A stretch of DNA of 64,000 bases from a virus: IMG/VR virus record IMGVR_UViG_3300005991_000001. One strand, 5' to 3'. A program made the position numbers and the translations under genes. Numbering within the stretch: position 1 is the first letter of the stretch; each line of letters starts with the position of its first letter. A model generated the notes under the pieces. The model did not search any database, was not told the DNA's origin, and worked only from the letters and a program-made list of their open reading frames with translations. Positions 1 to 8,890 of the stretch are shown here, in pieces.

Positions 1-434
1 TATCCTGCTTCTAATGGATTGTTTTTTGCTCTTGCCCATTCTTCTATGCCCTTACGAATACAATCCTTGTCTGCGCTTAAATGGACTAAATCAGAACGAA
101 AATAGCTTTGTGTTGATAGTGTAGTTGGAGCAGATGAAATTGATTTTGTCGTAGGTACAGGATAAATCGCAAGCACCGTCCAGACATCATTTGGAAAAAC
201 GGAAAGAGAAATCCGGGAGTTCTCGTCTGTTTGAAAAACTCCCGAATATGATATGTCTCTAAAAAATTCCTCACTTATTTTGTTTTCTCCAAAAGCAGCA
301 CCAGCCACAGCGGTAAGCCATTTAATTGAAAGGTTGATTGCAGGGATATAATCTAAATCATCCCTGTAATGGTCGCTTCCCTCTGCATCAAGTTTAGAGG
401 CTAATTGTTTTCGGAGTTCTAAAGCGGAAATCAT
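1..434 (-). CDS. hypothetical late-operon protein, N-terminal part only (ORF runs off the left edge)
   Basis: ATG at 432-434 (minus). My hand translation MISALELRKQLASKLDAEGSDHYRDD... stays open to base 1, so it is absent from the complete-ORF track. Next gene downstream of the capsid block. Confidence 0.5.
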   Translation of the reverse strand, partial: MISALELRKQLASKLDAEGSDHYRDDLDYIPAINLSIKWLTAVAGAAFGENKISEEFFRDISYSGVFQTDENSRISLSVFPNDVWTVLAIYPVPTTKSISSAPTTLSTQSYFRSDLVHLSADKDCIRKGIEEWARAKNNPLEAG

Positions 435-445
435 TTATTTGCTTT

Positions 446-1243
446 TTAAGATTCAGTAAGAATTGTTGGATTCCCTGTTATGGGATTTGAAACCATTTTT
501 GAAATTTCAGAGCTTGCAAAATCCCTAGCCGTCATGTTTGATTGAGCCATGTGGCTTACAAGGTTTGATCGGTTAATATCCATGCTCTTATCCATTTCGA
601 TATGCAAATCTTTACATTGTGATATAACCATTTGATCAGAGAATGTTTTAACGGTTGTTTGAGCATTAAACAAGTGCATTGACTTATTGTAATCAAGCGT
701 TCTAGCCGATTCCATATCCTCAAAAAACAATGTACCTAAGTCGCTATGGTTTTTAAGAAATTTAATTTCTGCTTTACTGTTCGTTGAAAAAGCAGATACA
801 CAAACCGTCTTACCGTTTTGTTGCCTACGAACAATTGGTTTAAACACAATAATTCCAAGAGGCGCAACGTGTTCAATGTTTTTACGAATATCCGCTGGAA
901 TAAATCTTTGGTAGGTGAATGAATAAAACAAAACAGGCGTATCTTGCCAATCTTCCACAGGATTGATTTCTTTTCCTTCAGACGATGATTTATGCCTCTC
1001 TTTGTTCTGCTCCCTTAATTCTTCGTTTTCTTCTTTAAGGGATGCAATTTTCTCGTTCATTTCAGCAGAAAAACTTAAAAACAATTCCTTTAATTCTTGA
1101 GATTCGGATTTACCTGGCTTCTGATTTGTTTCAATAATCGGTGCGTCACCTTCGGTTGGTGCGTTGCCATGAACAAGATTTTTATTTTCACCTTGTACTT
1201 GGTCTTGTTGTTTTCTTACTGGTGGTCTTTTTTTTATCGGCAT
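446..1243 (-). CDS. hypothetical virion-module protein
   Basis: 265-aa ORF 63 nt downstream of the putative capsid gene, same strand. K/E-rich helical N-terminal half. No motif recognised. Confidence 0.6.
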   Translation of the reverse strand: MPIKKRPPVRKQQDQVQGENKNLVHGNAPTEGDAPIIETNQKPGKSESQELKELFLSFSAEMNEKIASLKEENEELREQNKERHKSSSEGKEINPVEDWQDTPVLFYSFTYQRFIPADIRKNIEHVAPLGIIVFKPIVRRQQNGKTVCVSAFSTNSKAEIKFLKNHSDLGTLFFEDMESARTLDYNKSMHLFNAQTTVKTFSDQMVISQCKDLHIEMDKSMDINRSNLVSHMAQSNMTARDFASSEISKMVSNPITGNPTILTES

Positions 1244-1270
1244 TTTGATTTTATTTTAAAATTAATAATA

Positions 1271-1291
1271 AGGGGGCTTTTTACACCCCCT
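1271..1291 (-). terminator. hairpin after capsid gene (possible leaky intrinsic terminator)
   Basis: AGGGGG (1271-1276) pairs with CCCCCT (1286-1291), 15 nt 3' of the capsid stop. Followed on the minus strand by TTATTATTAATTTT. Confidence 0.4.
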
Positions 1292-1306
1292 GTATTTTTT
1301 TTGTGC

Positions 1307-2542
1307 TTATGCCATTTGGAGATAAGCGTTGGATAATGGGTTCTCGAATTTAAAACCGAAGTTTACATCGATCCACTCCGTAGTTGTTCGGACAGGAACG
1401 CCATCTTTCAATGAAAGAGTTGTACCCGTTCTATCTCCCCATGCTCTAAATGGCTTGATGTTTCCAATATCAAGGATGAAAAACGTTTTCAAATACATTG
1501 CTGGAAACGAAGCTGCGTGACGGAATCTGTTGTTTGGAACAAGGACGATTTTACTTGACCCAACATCAATAGCATTCAAATTCAACATCGCTGTTGTATC
1601 GTCTGGTTTGTATTGAGTAAGTTCCTCTTTGTATTTTCTCGACAACAAACGAATGTTTTCCGATGTTGCGAAACAGAAACGAGTACCACTAAATGATCCG
1701 TATTCGGAAGCAAAAACAACGCTTTCAAATGAATCTACCAAAGTGGACGGTGTTACACCATTCGCACTAGTAGCCCCTGCATCAAGCATAGCCTCAAAGA
1801 CACCACCTGTTGTTTTTGCAGGAATACCTTCTGCTGTTTTGATCTCGCCTTTTTTACCAAGCCAAAGTGTGTTAGCGATACTTGTTTGGATGTGTAGCAT
1901 CATTTTGCTATACTCCATCGCAAGGAAATTTTTAGTTGTACCTAACTGTTGGTGTTTACGCATAACCATTTCAGAATACACACGGGCAATACTCCCCATT
2001 TGTAAATACGCTGTTCTTTCAATAGTTTGCATTGAAAAATAAATACCAAAGCCTTCTTTTCCATCAGCTTGAATTGGTGCGATATTAGCAAAACTTGCAC
2101 CTGAAACCACGGCAGGAAGCGTGCCATTTACTTGTGGTGAAACAGTAATGGTTTGGCTTGTTGTGTTGAAATCAGTAATATTCCCAACCGCCCCGTTTGG
2201 ATATGCAATCAAAACATCTTTTGCCACGCCTTCCATTGAGGTAACAGAAAAGGTTTGAGTGTTCGGGTAAGATACCGTTGCAGACGTTCCGTTGGATGTG
2301 ATTTCCACACGTTGTTCGCCTGATTCTTTCCATGAAAGTTCATCACCAATACAAGTACCCCATTTCACCATACTCAATAATTTGAGGTCAGCGAACATTT
2401 TTGGTGCTGTATCAAGAATCATATTGTCTAACTCTCTTTCAAGAAGACCTGTTGAGCCGTGACCAAATTCGGCTGCGTACTGTGATCCAAGAGCATTAAA
2501 ATCTTGGTTTTTCACATTTTCTTTTTCATTGCTAATTGCCAT
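1307..2542 (-). CDS. putative major capsid protein
   Basis: 411-aa ORF directly after the portal and acidic scaffold genes, the usual portal-scaffold-coat order. Size fits HK97-fold coats. Followed by a hairpin. Assigned by synteny, not motif. Confidence 0.6.
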   Translation of the reverse strand: MAISNEKENVKNQDFNALGSQYAAEFGHGSTGLLERELDNMILDTAPKMFADLKLLSMVKWGTCIGDELSWKESGEQRVEITSNGTSATVSYPNTQTFSVTSMEGVAKDVLIAYPNGAVGNITDFNTTSQTITVSPQVNGTLPAVVSGASFANIAPIQADGKEGFGIYFSMQTIERTAYLQMGSIARVYSEMVMRKHQQLGTTKNFLAMEYSKMMLHIQTSIANTLWLGKKGEIKTAEGIPAKTTGGVFEAMLDAGATSANGVTPSTLVDSFESVVFASEYGSFSGTRFCFATSENIRLLSRKYKEELTQYKPDDTTAMLNLNAIDVGSSKIVLVPNNRFRHAASFPAMYLKTFFILDIGNIKPFRAWGDRTGTTLSLKDGVPVRTTTEWIDVNFGFKFENPLSNAYLQMA

Positions 2543-2562
2543 TTTGTTGTTATTTTAAATTA

Positions 2563-3633
2563 TTATGCAAACGGATTATCGGGTTTGTTTGTAGCCATTT
2601 GGATTCTTTGACCAAATTCATCTGTTTTCCCTTTTTCAGCTTGCTTTTGAGCGTTTGCCTTAATGGTTCTATCAGAATTATCAACGACTTCTCTTCGGGC
2701 TTTCCCTTCCCCTTTTTTTTCAGCTTGTTTTTTGATTTGCTCTAGCATTTTATCTCCGAACATAATAAATGCTGTTTTTTTAGCTGCGTCAATTTTGTAA
2801 GTTCCGTCAGGATTATAAAGTAAAGCGTCCACTTCTTTGTTTAATAAAACATTCTGAATTTTATCCACTTCAGAATTATTAAACAAGGGAAAATGTTGTC
2901 GTAAAGACTTCACGGAATCCAGACTTGATTGTTTAAGCTTTTTTTCGTTTTCACGAAGCTTAGATTCGTACTGAACACGCTGTGTCTCTATGCTTTGTTT
3001 ATCTCCTTCAAACAACTTTTTAGCTGATTTACTTAGTAATTCAATAGCTCTCTTAAATTCTTCAGGAGTAGAATCGCCATTATCAAGCTTTTCTTTTTCC
3101 TCTTGAAAATCCTCTGAAAGATAGTGCTGTACTAAAACGGTCTTGTCTTGTTTTTCAAAACTTACGTTAAAATCCAGTCTTTGTTGGTCTAATACTTTTG
3201 CATAATCCTCACCATTTACCCACGATTGAATCGCCATTGAAAGGTTTGGTGGCATAGAATTAAGATCAGCTATAATTGATTCATACTGCTCTTTAATTTT
3301 TGCCCCTTCCTGCGCTTGCTCTCTCCATGTTTCGGCTGAACTTAAAAAAGTAGGAATATCCTCAACTCCAAATTTCTTTTTTACAACCTCGTTTAATTCT
3401 GTTGGAATATCGAAGTCAAGTTTAATTTTTTCCTTTTTTACAGGCTTAACTGTTACACCAAAAAGGTCTTCAATTTCTTCTTCCTCATTGTCATCTTCTT
3501 CTTCATTATCCTCGATTTCTTCTTCCTCTTCTTCTTCGGTTTCCTTTTTTTCAAGTTCAACTACTGGTGCGCCAAAGATTTTATCCCTAACGTCTTCCGT
3601 TTCTGTGACGGTCTGTTTTACTTCATCTGCCAT
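2563..3633 (-). CDS. putative scaffolding protein
   Basis: 356 aa with a long acidic run (EEEEEEEIEDNEEEDDNEEEEIED) and a K/E-rich helical remainder. Lies between the portal and capsid genes. Confidence 0.6.
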   Translation of the reverse strand: MADEVKQTVTETEDVRDKIFGAPVVELEKKETEEEEEEEIEDNEEEDDNEEEEIEDLFGVTVKPVKKEKIKLDFDIPTELNEVVKKKFGVEDIPTFLSSAETWREQAQEGAKIKEQYESIIADLNSMPPNLSMAIQSWVNGEDYAKVLDQQRLDFNVSFEKQDKTVLVQHYLSEDFQEEKEKLDNGDSTPEEFKRAIELLSKSAKKLFEGDKQSIETQRVQYESKLRENEKKLKQSSLDSVKSLRQHFPLFNNSEVDKIQNVLLNKEVDALLYNPDGTYKIDAAKKTAFIMFGDKMLEQIKKQAEKKGEGKARREVVDNSDRTIKANAQKQAEKGKTDEFGQRIQMATNKPDNPFA

Positions 3634-3679
3634 ACTAAATAATTTTCTTCAAAGTTAAATCTTAATACAATGTGTTTTT

Positions 3680-5884
3680 TTAAGCTTTATTTCCTTGCTT
3701 TAATGTGATGTCACGACTTGTTTTTGAATCCTCAATAAATGCAGTTTTTTCCATATCCAACTCATGTGTAAGCAATTTATCATCAACTTGTGCTTGTCTT
3801 TGATTTGCAGATTCATCAATAATAGATTGTTGTTGTTGAGCCATTGCAACTTGTTGTTCCGGAACTCGTTGAGCGTTAATTTTGTCAAGCTCATATTGCG
3901 CTTGCAATTTCTCTCTTTGGTATTCACGCATGGCACGGGCAATCATGGTCGTGTTTGCTCTGTCAAATAAGTTTGAGAAGCGAACAGAATCAATTAATTG
4001 GGCTTGAAGCAAGGTAAACAACAATGCGTTCCCTGCTTGTACTCCTTGTTCACGGCTTTCAGATCGCTTAACAGCTATTCGGTAATCCATGAGTGCGTGA
4101 TCATCTGTTAGTCGGATTGAAACAGACCCTTTATCACCAACCATCATAGATAATTTTTGAGGATTATTGATGTATATTTCTTTTCCTACGCTTGCTATTT
4201 GCTGAAACACACCGTTTAATATTGATGTTAATGCTGCATAAAAAGGCTCTTGAACAATTGACCCACGCTGTATTTGGGCATCCAAAACACCAACCAATAC
4301 ATCTTGACCCCCTTGTGTTCCTGTCATTGCATCATTTACGCCTGTCACATCCTGAATCATTTTATCTATTTCCCCTAAAACCTGAAACATTTGATATGTG
4401 CCTTGACCAATATTTGTTCCATACGTACCAACGGCATTTTGAACAGAACCAACCCTTGATGTGTCAACTGTAATTGGTTTTGATCCGTTTATTTTACGCA
4501 TTGTTTCTGCCTCTCCGTCTGAATCACTAATGGCATCTTCTGAAATCACTGTTCCTGTTCCACGCATATTGATAATGTGGCTTTCCACAACGGACATAAT
4601 CCTGTTGTGAAATCGTTGCGGATCAATTACATCGTCAAGTGGAGTAAGCACATTACCTCTTTCGTAATCCCATGTACCGATCTTGTATGGGAAGTAGCAC
4701 TCGGAAGGTTTTCGGACGTATTTTTCTCCATAAGGAACAAGACCGTATTCTAAAACAATATCACCTGACTTGCTTCCGATTTCTTCCCCTGGAATAATTA
4801 CAGCGTACCGTGTAAATGAATGATAAACGGTTTCTTTTAATTTACCGTTCATTCGTTTTTTTTCATCCTCGGTTGGGGCTTCAATTAAATCCTTGTCGGT
4901 ATATCCAAGACCGTCATTAATGTAGCAGAAGTACGGATAACCATACTCGTCTTTTACCCATCCAGCTTCTTTTTTCTCAATATCTTTCCAATACACATTA
5001 TATACAGGAACTTTACCTGCTGTGTTTACATAAACGTTATTTATGAATCGGTGAATATTTAGGCTTCCATTTAGATTTCCATAGTTCTTAATAGATTCCA
5101 TGTGTAATTTTTCGATGTTTTGGTATTTCTCAAAAATACTTGGGGCATCATAATAACCCCAATCAAATTGATATTCAGCATCACGTAAATCACGCTTCAT
5201 GGCTGACATATCCCACCCAAAAAAGAAAGGAAGAACCACTCCACCTGTGTAATCTCGGTTTAACTCACCTCCTTTGTAAATTCCCATTCCATACAAAGCA
5301 AGGCTTCGAGTGAGTTCTTCTTTTATTTCAGATGTTAGTTTTATTTCGGTGGATATGTACTCCATTAAATTATTAATATCCTCAACGTAGTCTTCAACAA
5401 AAGTGTTTTCAAAAATTACCTCGGTTTCTTCTTCTGTATCACCAATAGGTAAATTATCTTTTATAATACCCTCAAAAAACGGAAACTGCTTACTTACTTG
5501 CTCAAAGCCTTTAATGCGTTTGAGTTCCATTTCTCGTTTGTTTATTACGAACGGTGAAATACATTGTGCCTCGGCATCATACGATAACCTTATAGCGTTA
5601 CCCATGAATTGCCGAACCATCGGTTTAATAATATTTTTAACCCATTTTGTTCTGTGCCTTGAATCCCCTGATTCATCAAGGAAAAAGTTTACGGTATCTT
5701 CTTCAAAAATCCATTGACCATCACCTCCTTCGTAAAAAGAATAGTTTATCAGGCATTTTTGAATGTATCTCAAATAAGTAGGGTTATTCATTGATCCAAG
5801 GCAGTATGTAGCCATTTTAGCATGATAAGCCTCGTCTTTTACAGAATCAAGCCTATTTGGTCTTTGTCCTTGTTTATTCCACAT
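3680..5884 (-). CDS. putative portal protein
   Basis: 734-aa ORF immediately upstream of scaffold and capsid. Its start overlaps the stop of the upstream gene at 5884. Size and position fit a portal, with no motif-level proof. Confidence 0.6.
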   Translation of the reverse strand: MWNKQGQRPNRLDSVKDEAYHAKMATYCLGSMNNPTYLRYIQKCLINYSFYEGGDGQWIFEEDTVNFFLDESGDSRHRTKWVKNIIKPMVRQFMGNAIRLSYDAEAQCISPFVINKREMELKRIKGFEQVSKQFPFFEGIIKDNLPIGDTEEETEVIFENTFVEDYVEDINNLMEYISTEIKLTSEIKEELTRSLALYGMGIYKGGELNRDYTGGVVLPFFFGWDMSAMKRDLRDAEYQFDWGYYDAPSIFEKYQNIEKLHMESIKNYGNLNGSLNIHRFINNVYVNTAGKVPVYNVYWKDIEKKEAGWVKDEYGYPYFCYINDGLGYTDKDLIEAPTEDEKKRMNGKLKETVYHSFTRYAVIIPGEEIGSKSGDIVLEYGLVPYGEKYVRKPSECYFPYKIGTWDYERGNVLTPLDDVIDPQRFHNRIMSVVESHIINMRGTGTVISEDAISDSDGEAETMRKINGSKPITVDTSRVGSVQNAVGTYGTNIGQGTYQMFQVLGEIDKMIQDVTGVNDAMTGTQGGQDVLVGVLDAQIQRGSIVQEPFYAALTSILNGVFQQIASVGKEIYINNPQKLSMMVGDKGSVSIRLTDDHALMDYRIAVKRSESREQGVQAGNALLFTLLQAQLIDSVRFSNLFDRANTTMIARAMREYQREKLQAQYELDKINAQRVPEQQVAMAQQQQSIIDESANQRQAQVDDKLLTHELDMEKTAFIEDSKTSRDITLKQGNKA

Positions 5885-6450
5885 TAGAAATTAGTTACTC
5901 CGTCATTAATATTTACCAATACTCGTTTTTTTGATGAACGCTCATAGGTTTTTATTCCACTTGAAGCCTCCACTCGTTTAACCATTGCGGGTAAATCTTT
6001 TTCGATTGATTTAACGATGTCGGCATATTGCTTTATCTCGCCCATTTCCATGTCTTTTAATTCTGTTTCGCTTTTCATGGAAATAATAAACTTTAATCTG
6101 TCAATCGCCCACCTTTGAATTAAAGAAGATTCAAGCCGAAGTGACGGGTTGTATTTCTCCATGCTAATTATTGCTTTTTCAATTCGAGTAGGTAAATTAC
6201 CTTCATACATTTCTTGTAATTCAGGTTTTTGAAAATACTTTGGGTAAACAGTTTTAATTGCTTTTTCTATTTTATCATGGTCTTTGAATAATGGTGATGT
6301 TCTGTTTCCAATTAACCAAACCAAACGAACTTCGCTTGGGTTTAAATCTTGGAAGTCTGGATCGTCAGCAAGTTCAGGGTATTCTATCCGTAAATCTTTT
6401 GATGTTTCGTGCCCAAACAACACTACTTCTATTTCTTGTTTTTCTGCCAT
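5884..6450 (-). CDS. hypothetical protein coupled to portal gene
   Basis: 188-aa ORF whose stop overlaps the portal start. Function unknown; a head-accessory or small-terminase role is possible. Confidence 0.6.
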   Translation of the reverse strand: MAEKQEIEVVLFGHETSKDLRIEYPELADDPDFQDLNPSEVRLVWLIGNRTSPLFKDHDKIEKAIKTVYPKYFQKPELQEMYEGNLPTRIEKAIISMEKYNPSLRLESSLIQRWAIDRLKFIISMKSETELKDMEMGEIKQYADIVKSIEKDLPAMVKRVEASSGIKTYERSSKKRVLVNINDGVTNF

Positions 6451-6457
6451 GAAAGAT

Positions 6458-6487
6458 AAATAAAAGGGGAGATTAAATTACCCCCCC
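6458..6487 (-). terminator. weak intrinsic terminator after 6505-7314 gene
   Basis: Minus strand reads GGGG-taatttaatct-CCCC followed by TTTTATTT, 18 nt 3' of the stop. Confidence 0.35.
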
Positions 6488-6504
6488 TAGTTTACTCTGA
6501 TTTT

Positions 6505-7314
6505 TTAGTCTGTTGGGAATCCAAGGAAGTCGGCTACCGTAGCGTATGACCCATCAAGGATTGAATCCAATTTTGTTTCAAATGCACCAAAACCACCTGC
6601 GGTTTCTTCGATAAAAACCACCGATTTGTGTTCACGCATTGTTTGACCATTAAACAATGCCGTTGGAGCAAATGTTCGGTAACGCAAAACATAGGTTGTG
6701 TACTCACCTGCTACCGCAACCGATGAACCGCTTGCGTAGTCAGCCACGATTGTTGGTGTTCCTGATGGAGCAATATAAGGTGTTCCAACGGAAATAGTTG
6801 CACCTGTTGGCACATCCAAAACTGTATCACCTGAATTTACATCCGTCATGGTGATAGTAAGATTATTACCATTTGTTCCTGCTGTTACGCCCGTTCTGTC
6901 AGAAGTGTCGTTATCGATTGCTGTTTTAAACAAATCCCGAATATTAGCTGCTGTCGGAACTGTGTTTGTTGACCAAACCGTAAACGTTCTGATTTTTACA
7001 ACCGCATCACTTTCACGACCACCTTCTAAATCATCCTGACGATTCGGAAATCCGATTGACATAGTGTATGCTGAATTTGCAAGCAAGGTACACGCTGAAA
7101 AATCAATCGTTTTAATTGACAATGTTCCTGCTGCATAGGCGGTTTTTGACCATCCTAATCCGTCAACAACTTTCATTTTGAACGCTTCCGTTGTGTCTGC
7201 GTTTAAAATTGATAATTCGCCTGACGCTAAAACTGCATCACCTGCGACAACTGCATTGTTGATAACGACAACATTGTAGTCTTTTTTTGGAATTTTAAAT
7301 CTTGTAAATGCCAT
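6505..7314 (-). CDS. probable abundant virion protein (decoration or accessory coat-like, function unproven)
   Basis: 269 aa, T/S/G/A/V-rich. Monocistronic look: own TAnnTTTG box (7387-7394), 73-nt leader, own terminator. Confidence 0.55.
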   Translation of the reverse strand: MAFTRFKIPKKDYNVVVINNAVVAGDAVLASGELSILNADTTEAFKMKVVDGLGWSKTAYAAGTLSIKTIDFSACTLLANSAYTMSIGFPNRQDDLEGGRESDAVVKIRTFTVWSTNTVPTAANIRDLFKTAIDNDTSDRTGVTAGTNGNNLTITMTDVNSGDTVLDVPTGATISVGTPYIAPSGTPTIVADYASGSSVAVAGEYTTYVLRYRTFAPTALFNGQTMREHKSVVFIEETAGGFGAFETKLDSILDGSYATVADFLGFPTD

Positions 7315-7367
7315 TTTTTACTTTTTTTACACCTACCATTACTGGTACGTATGGGTTAATATTATTA

Positions 7368-7382
7368 ACTACACCGTGTAGT
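7368..7382. promoter_or_regulatory. 7-1-7 palindromic operator candidate
   Basis: ACTACAC-c-GTGTAGT lies between the divergent -7 boxes at 7387-7394 (minus) and 7453-7460 (plus), over the predicted leftward transcription start. Confidence 0.4.
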
Positions 7383-7386
7383 GTGA

Positions 7387-7394
7387 CAAAGTTA
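7387..7394 (-). promoter_or_regulatory. candidate Bacteroidota-type -7 box (TAnnTTTG)
   Basis: Minus strand TAACTTTG, upstream of the 6505-7314 gene. Confidence 0.4.
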
Positions 7395-7452
7395 TATTTA
7401 ATTTCAATTGTTTTTTTTTCACTTAATTTGCTATTTGTTAGAAAGAAATATT

Positions 7453-7460
7453 TACATTTG
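7453..7460 (+). promoter_or_regulatory. candidate -7 box (TAnnTTTG)
   Basis: TACATTTG. The ATG of the HTH gene begins 5 nt after the final G, consistent with a leaderless or near-leaderless mRNA. Confidence 0.45.
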
Positions 7461-7464
7461 CATT

Positions 7465-7710
7465 ATGTTCAAAGATAAAGTCAAAAAGCTACGAACCGAT
7501 TTAGGTATAACGCAAAAGAAAGCAGCAGAGGAAATAGGAATTAGCCAATGCTATTATTGTGAGATAGAAAACGGAAAACATCAAAACCTTGCGATGCTTG
7601 AAAGAATAGCCAACCACTACAACATTCCGTTTGCTGTATTTTTCCTGTCGGACAATCAATTTAATACTTTTTTAAATGACAATAAAATAACTATTGTCAG
7701 AAATGTATGA
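7465..7710 (+). CDS. XRE-family helix-turn-helix regulator
   Basis: MFKDKVKKLRTDLGITQKKAAEEIGISQCYYCEIENGK is a classic XRE/Cro-type HTH. Start moved from the track's 7408 to the ATG at 7465, downstream of the -7 box. Confidence 0.75.
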   Translation: MFKDKVKKLRTDLGITQKKAAEEIGISQCYYCEIENGKHQNLAMLERIANHYNIPFAVFFLSDNQFNTFLNDNKITIVRNV

Positions 7711-8069
7711 TAAAGTGTCTTATTGAAAATAACATACCTCACTTTGTTTCAAAATCATTTGTTCTAACTTGCAATGGTTTAATTTCAGACTACCATACCA
7801 CGGAATACCACGTTTATATCAGTAAGGAAATAAAAGAGATTCCTTTAAAAAAAACTTGGTACAAAGATGTGGATTTCCCAACGGTTAAATATCGAAAAAT
7901 AAAAGAGGATGCTTTGGATTTCTTTAAAAGAAATACTGAATTATATAAACTAGAATCCAGTAATAAGCACGGAAAGATTTACAGTTTCAAGATTAGAAAC
8001 GAGGACGTAGAATCAATTCAGAAAGAAACCTTTATCTCTTATGTCTCGAAACTAACATTCTTTAAATAA
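7707..8069 (+). CDS. hypothetical protein, partner of the HTH gene
   Basis: 120-aa ORF with an ATGA overlap onto the HTH stop. No motif recognised. Confidence 0.55.
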   Translation: MIKCLIENNIPHFVSKSFVLTCNGLISDYHTTEYHVYISKEIKEIPLKKTWYKDVDFPTVKYRKIKEDALDFFKRNTELYKLESSNKHGKIYSFKIRNEDVESIQKETFISYVSKLTFFK

Positions 8070-8095
8070 AAAAGCCCGATCAAAAAGAACGGGCT
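8064..8095 (-). terminator. intrinsic terminator of the 8119-8835 gene
   Basis: AGCCCG (8073-8078) pairs with CGGGCT (8090-8095). The minus strand continues with TTTTTTATTT. Sits between convergent genes. Confidence 0.6.
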
Positions 8096-8118
8096 AAATT
8101 TATTGGGTAGAGTTTGTT

Positions 8119-8835
8119 TTATGCTAATTGAAATAACTGGAAAGAAACATCACAAGCAAAACCACCTGTTGCCGTAGCCGCTGCGCTATTAACCAATGTA
8201 ATTGTAATCGTATTTAACGAGTAAACAATCGTTTTGATTCTCGGAATAGACCCGTTGGCAGCGGTATTGGTTTGCATCACAATCATTCCAACCGTATCGT
8301 CTGTTACAAGAGTATTGGTAATTACAATGTTTTGTGTTGCTCCTGCTGCAATATCAGGAATAGTAGTAAAAGAAGCCATACCAACCATTGTAGCTAATAC
8401 AACTGTCGTTGTTCCTGAATTTGTAATCGTTCCTGTATATCGAACCCCTTTTGCGCTTGGTGAATTTAAATGACCTACAATGTCAATCCCTGCATTCGTA
8501 ACTAACTCACCAACACTTCCTGTTTTTTCTCCCGTGGCATCGAATAAAGCTGTTAAAACACCCTCAACCGCAACACCTAATTGGGTATCTGAAACACCAT
8601 AAAAACCATTGTTTTCATCCGCCCCGAACCTAATAGGTAAAGCACTAACCAACCCATCAGGAACAGATAACGATCCTGTAAGTTCAAGATTAGTGGTTTC
8701 AACCGTTCCATCGGATAACGCATTGACCTCACTAATTAATGCCGTTACGTCTTTCACCAAATTATCCTCGTTTTCCTTGTTGGTAATTTTGATTCTATTG
8801 GTGTTTACTTTTGATTTTTGTAAGATCTGTGCCAT
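8119..8835 (-). CDS. fibre-like structural protein (putative)
   Basis: 238 aa. The N-terminal segment DENNGFYGVSDTQLGVAVEG resembles fibre N-terminal motifs, and the C-terminus is T/V/A/N-rich beta-type. Own -7 box and terminator. Confidence 0.5.
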   Translation of the reverse strand: MAQILQKSKVNTNRIKITNKENEDNLVKDVTALISEVNALSDGTVETTNLELTGSLSVPDGLVSALPIRFGADENNGFYGVSDTQLGVAVEGVLTALFDATGEKTGSVGELVTNAGIDIVGHLNSPSAKGVRYTGTITNSGTTTVVLATMVGMASFTTIPDIAAGATQNIVITNTLVTDDTVGMIVMQTNTAANGSIPRIKTIVYSLNTITITLVNSAAATATGGFACDVSFQLFQLA

Positions 8836-8860
8836 AATATAAAAATATTTTTAATTTCGT

Positions 8861-8868
8861 CAAAGGTA
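8861..8868 (-). promoter_or_regulatory. candidate -7 box (TAnnTTTG)
   Basis: Minus strand TACCTTTG, 26 nt upstream of the ATG at 8835. Confidence 0.4.
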
Positions 8869-8890
8869 TATTAAAATAACTTTGCTTTTT

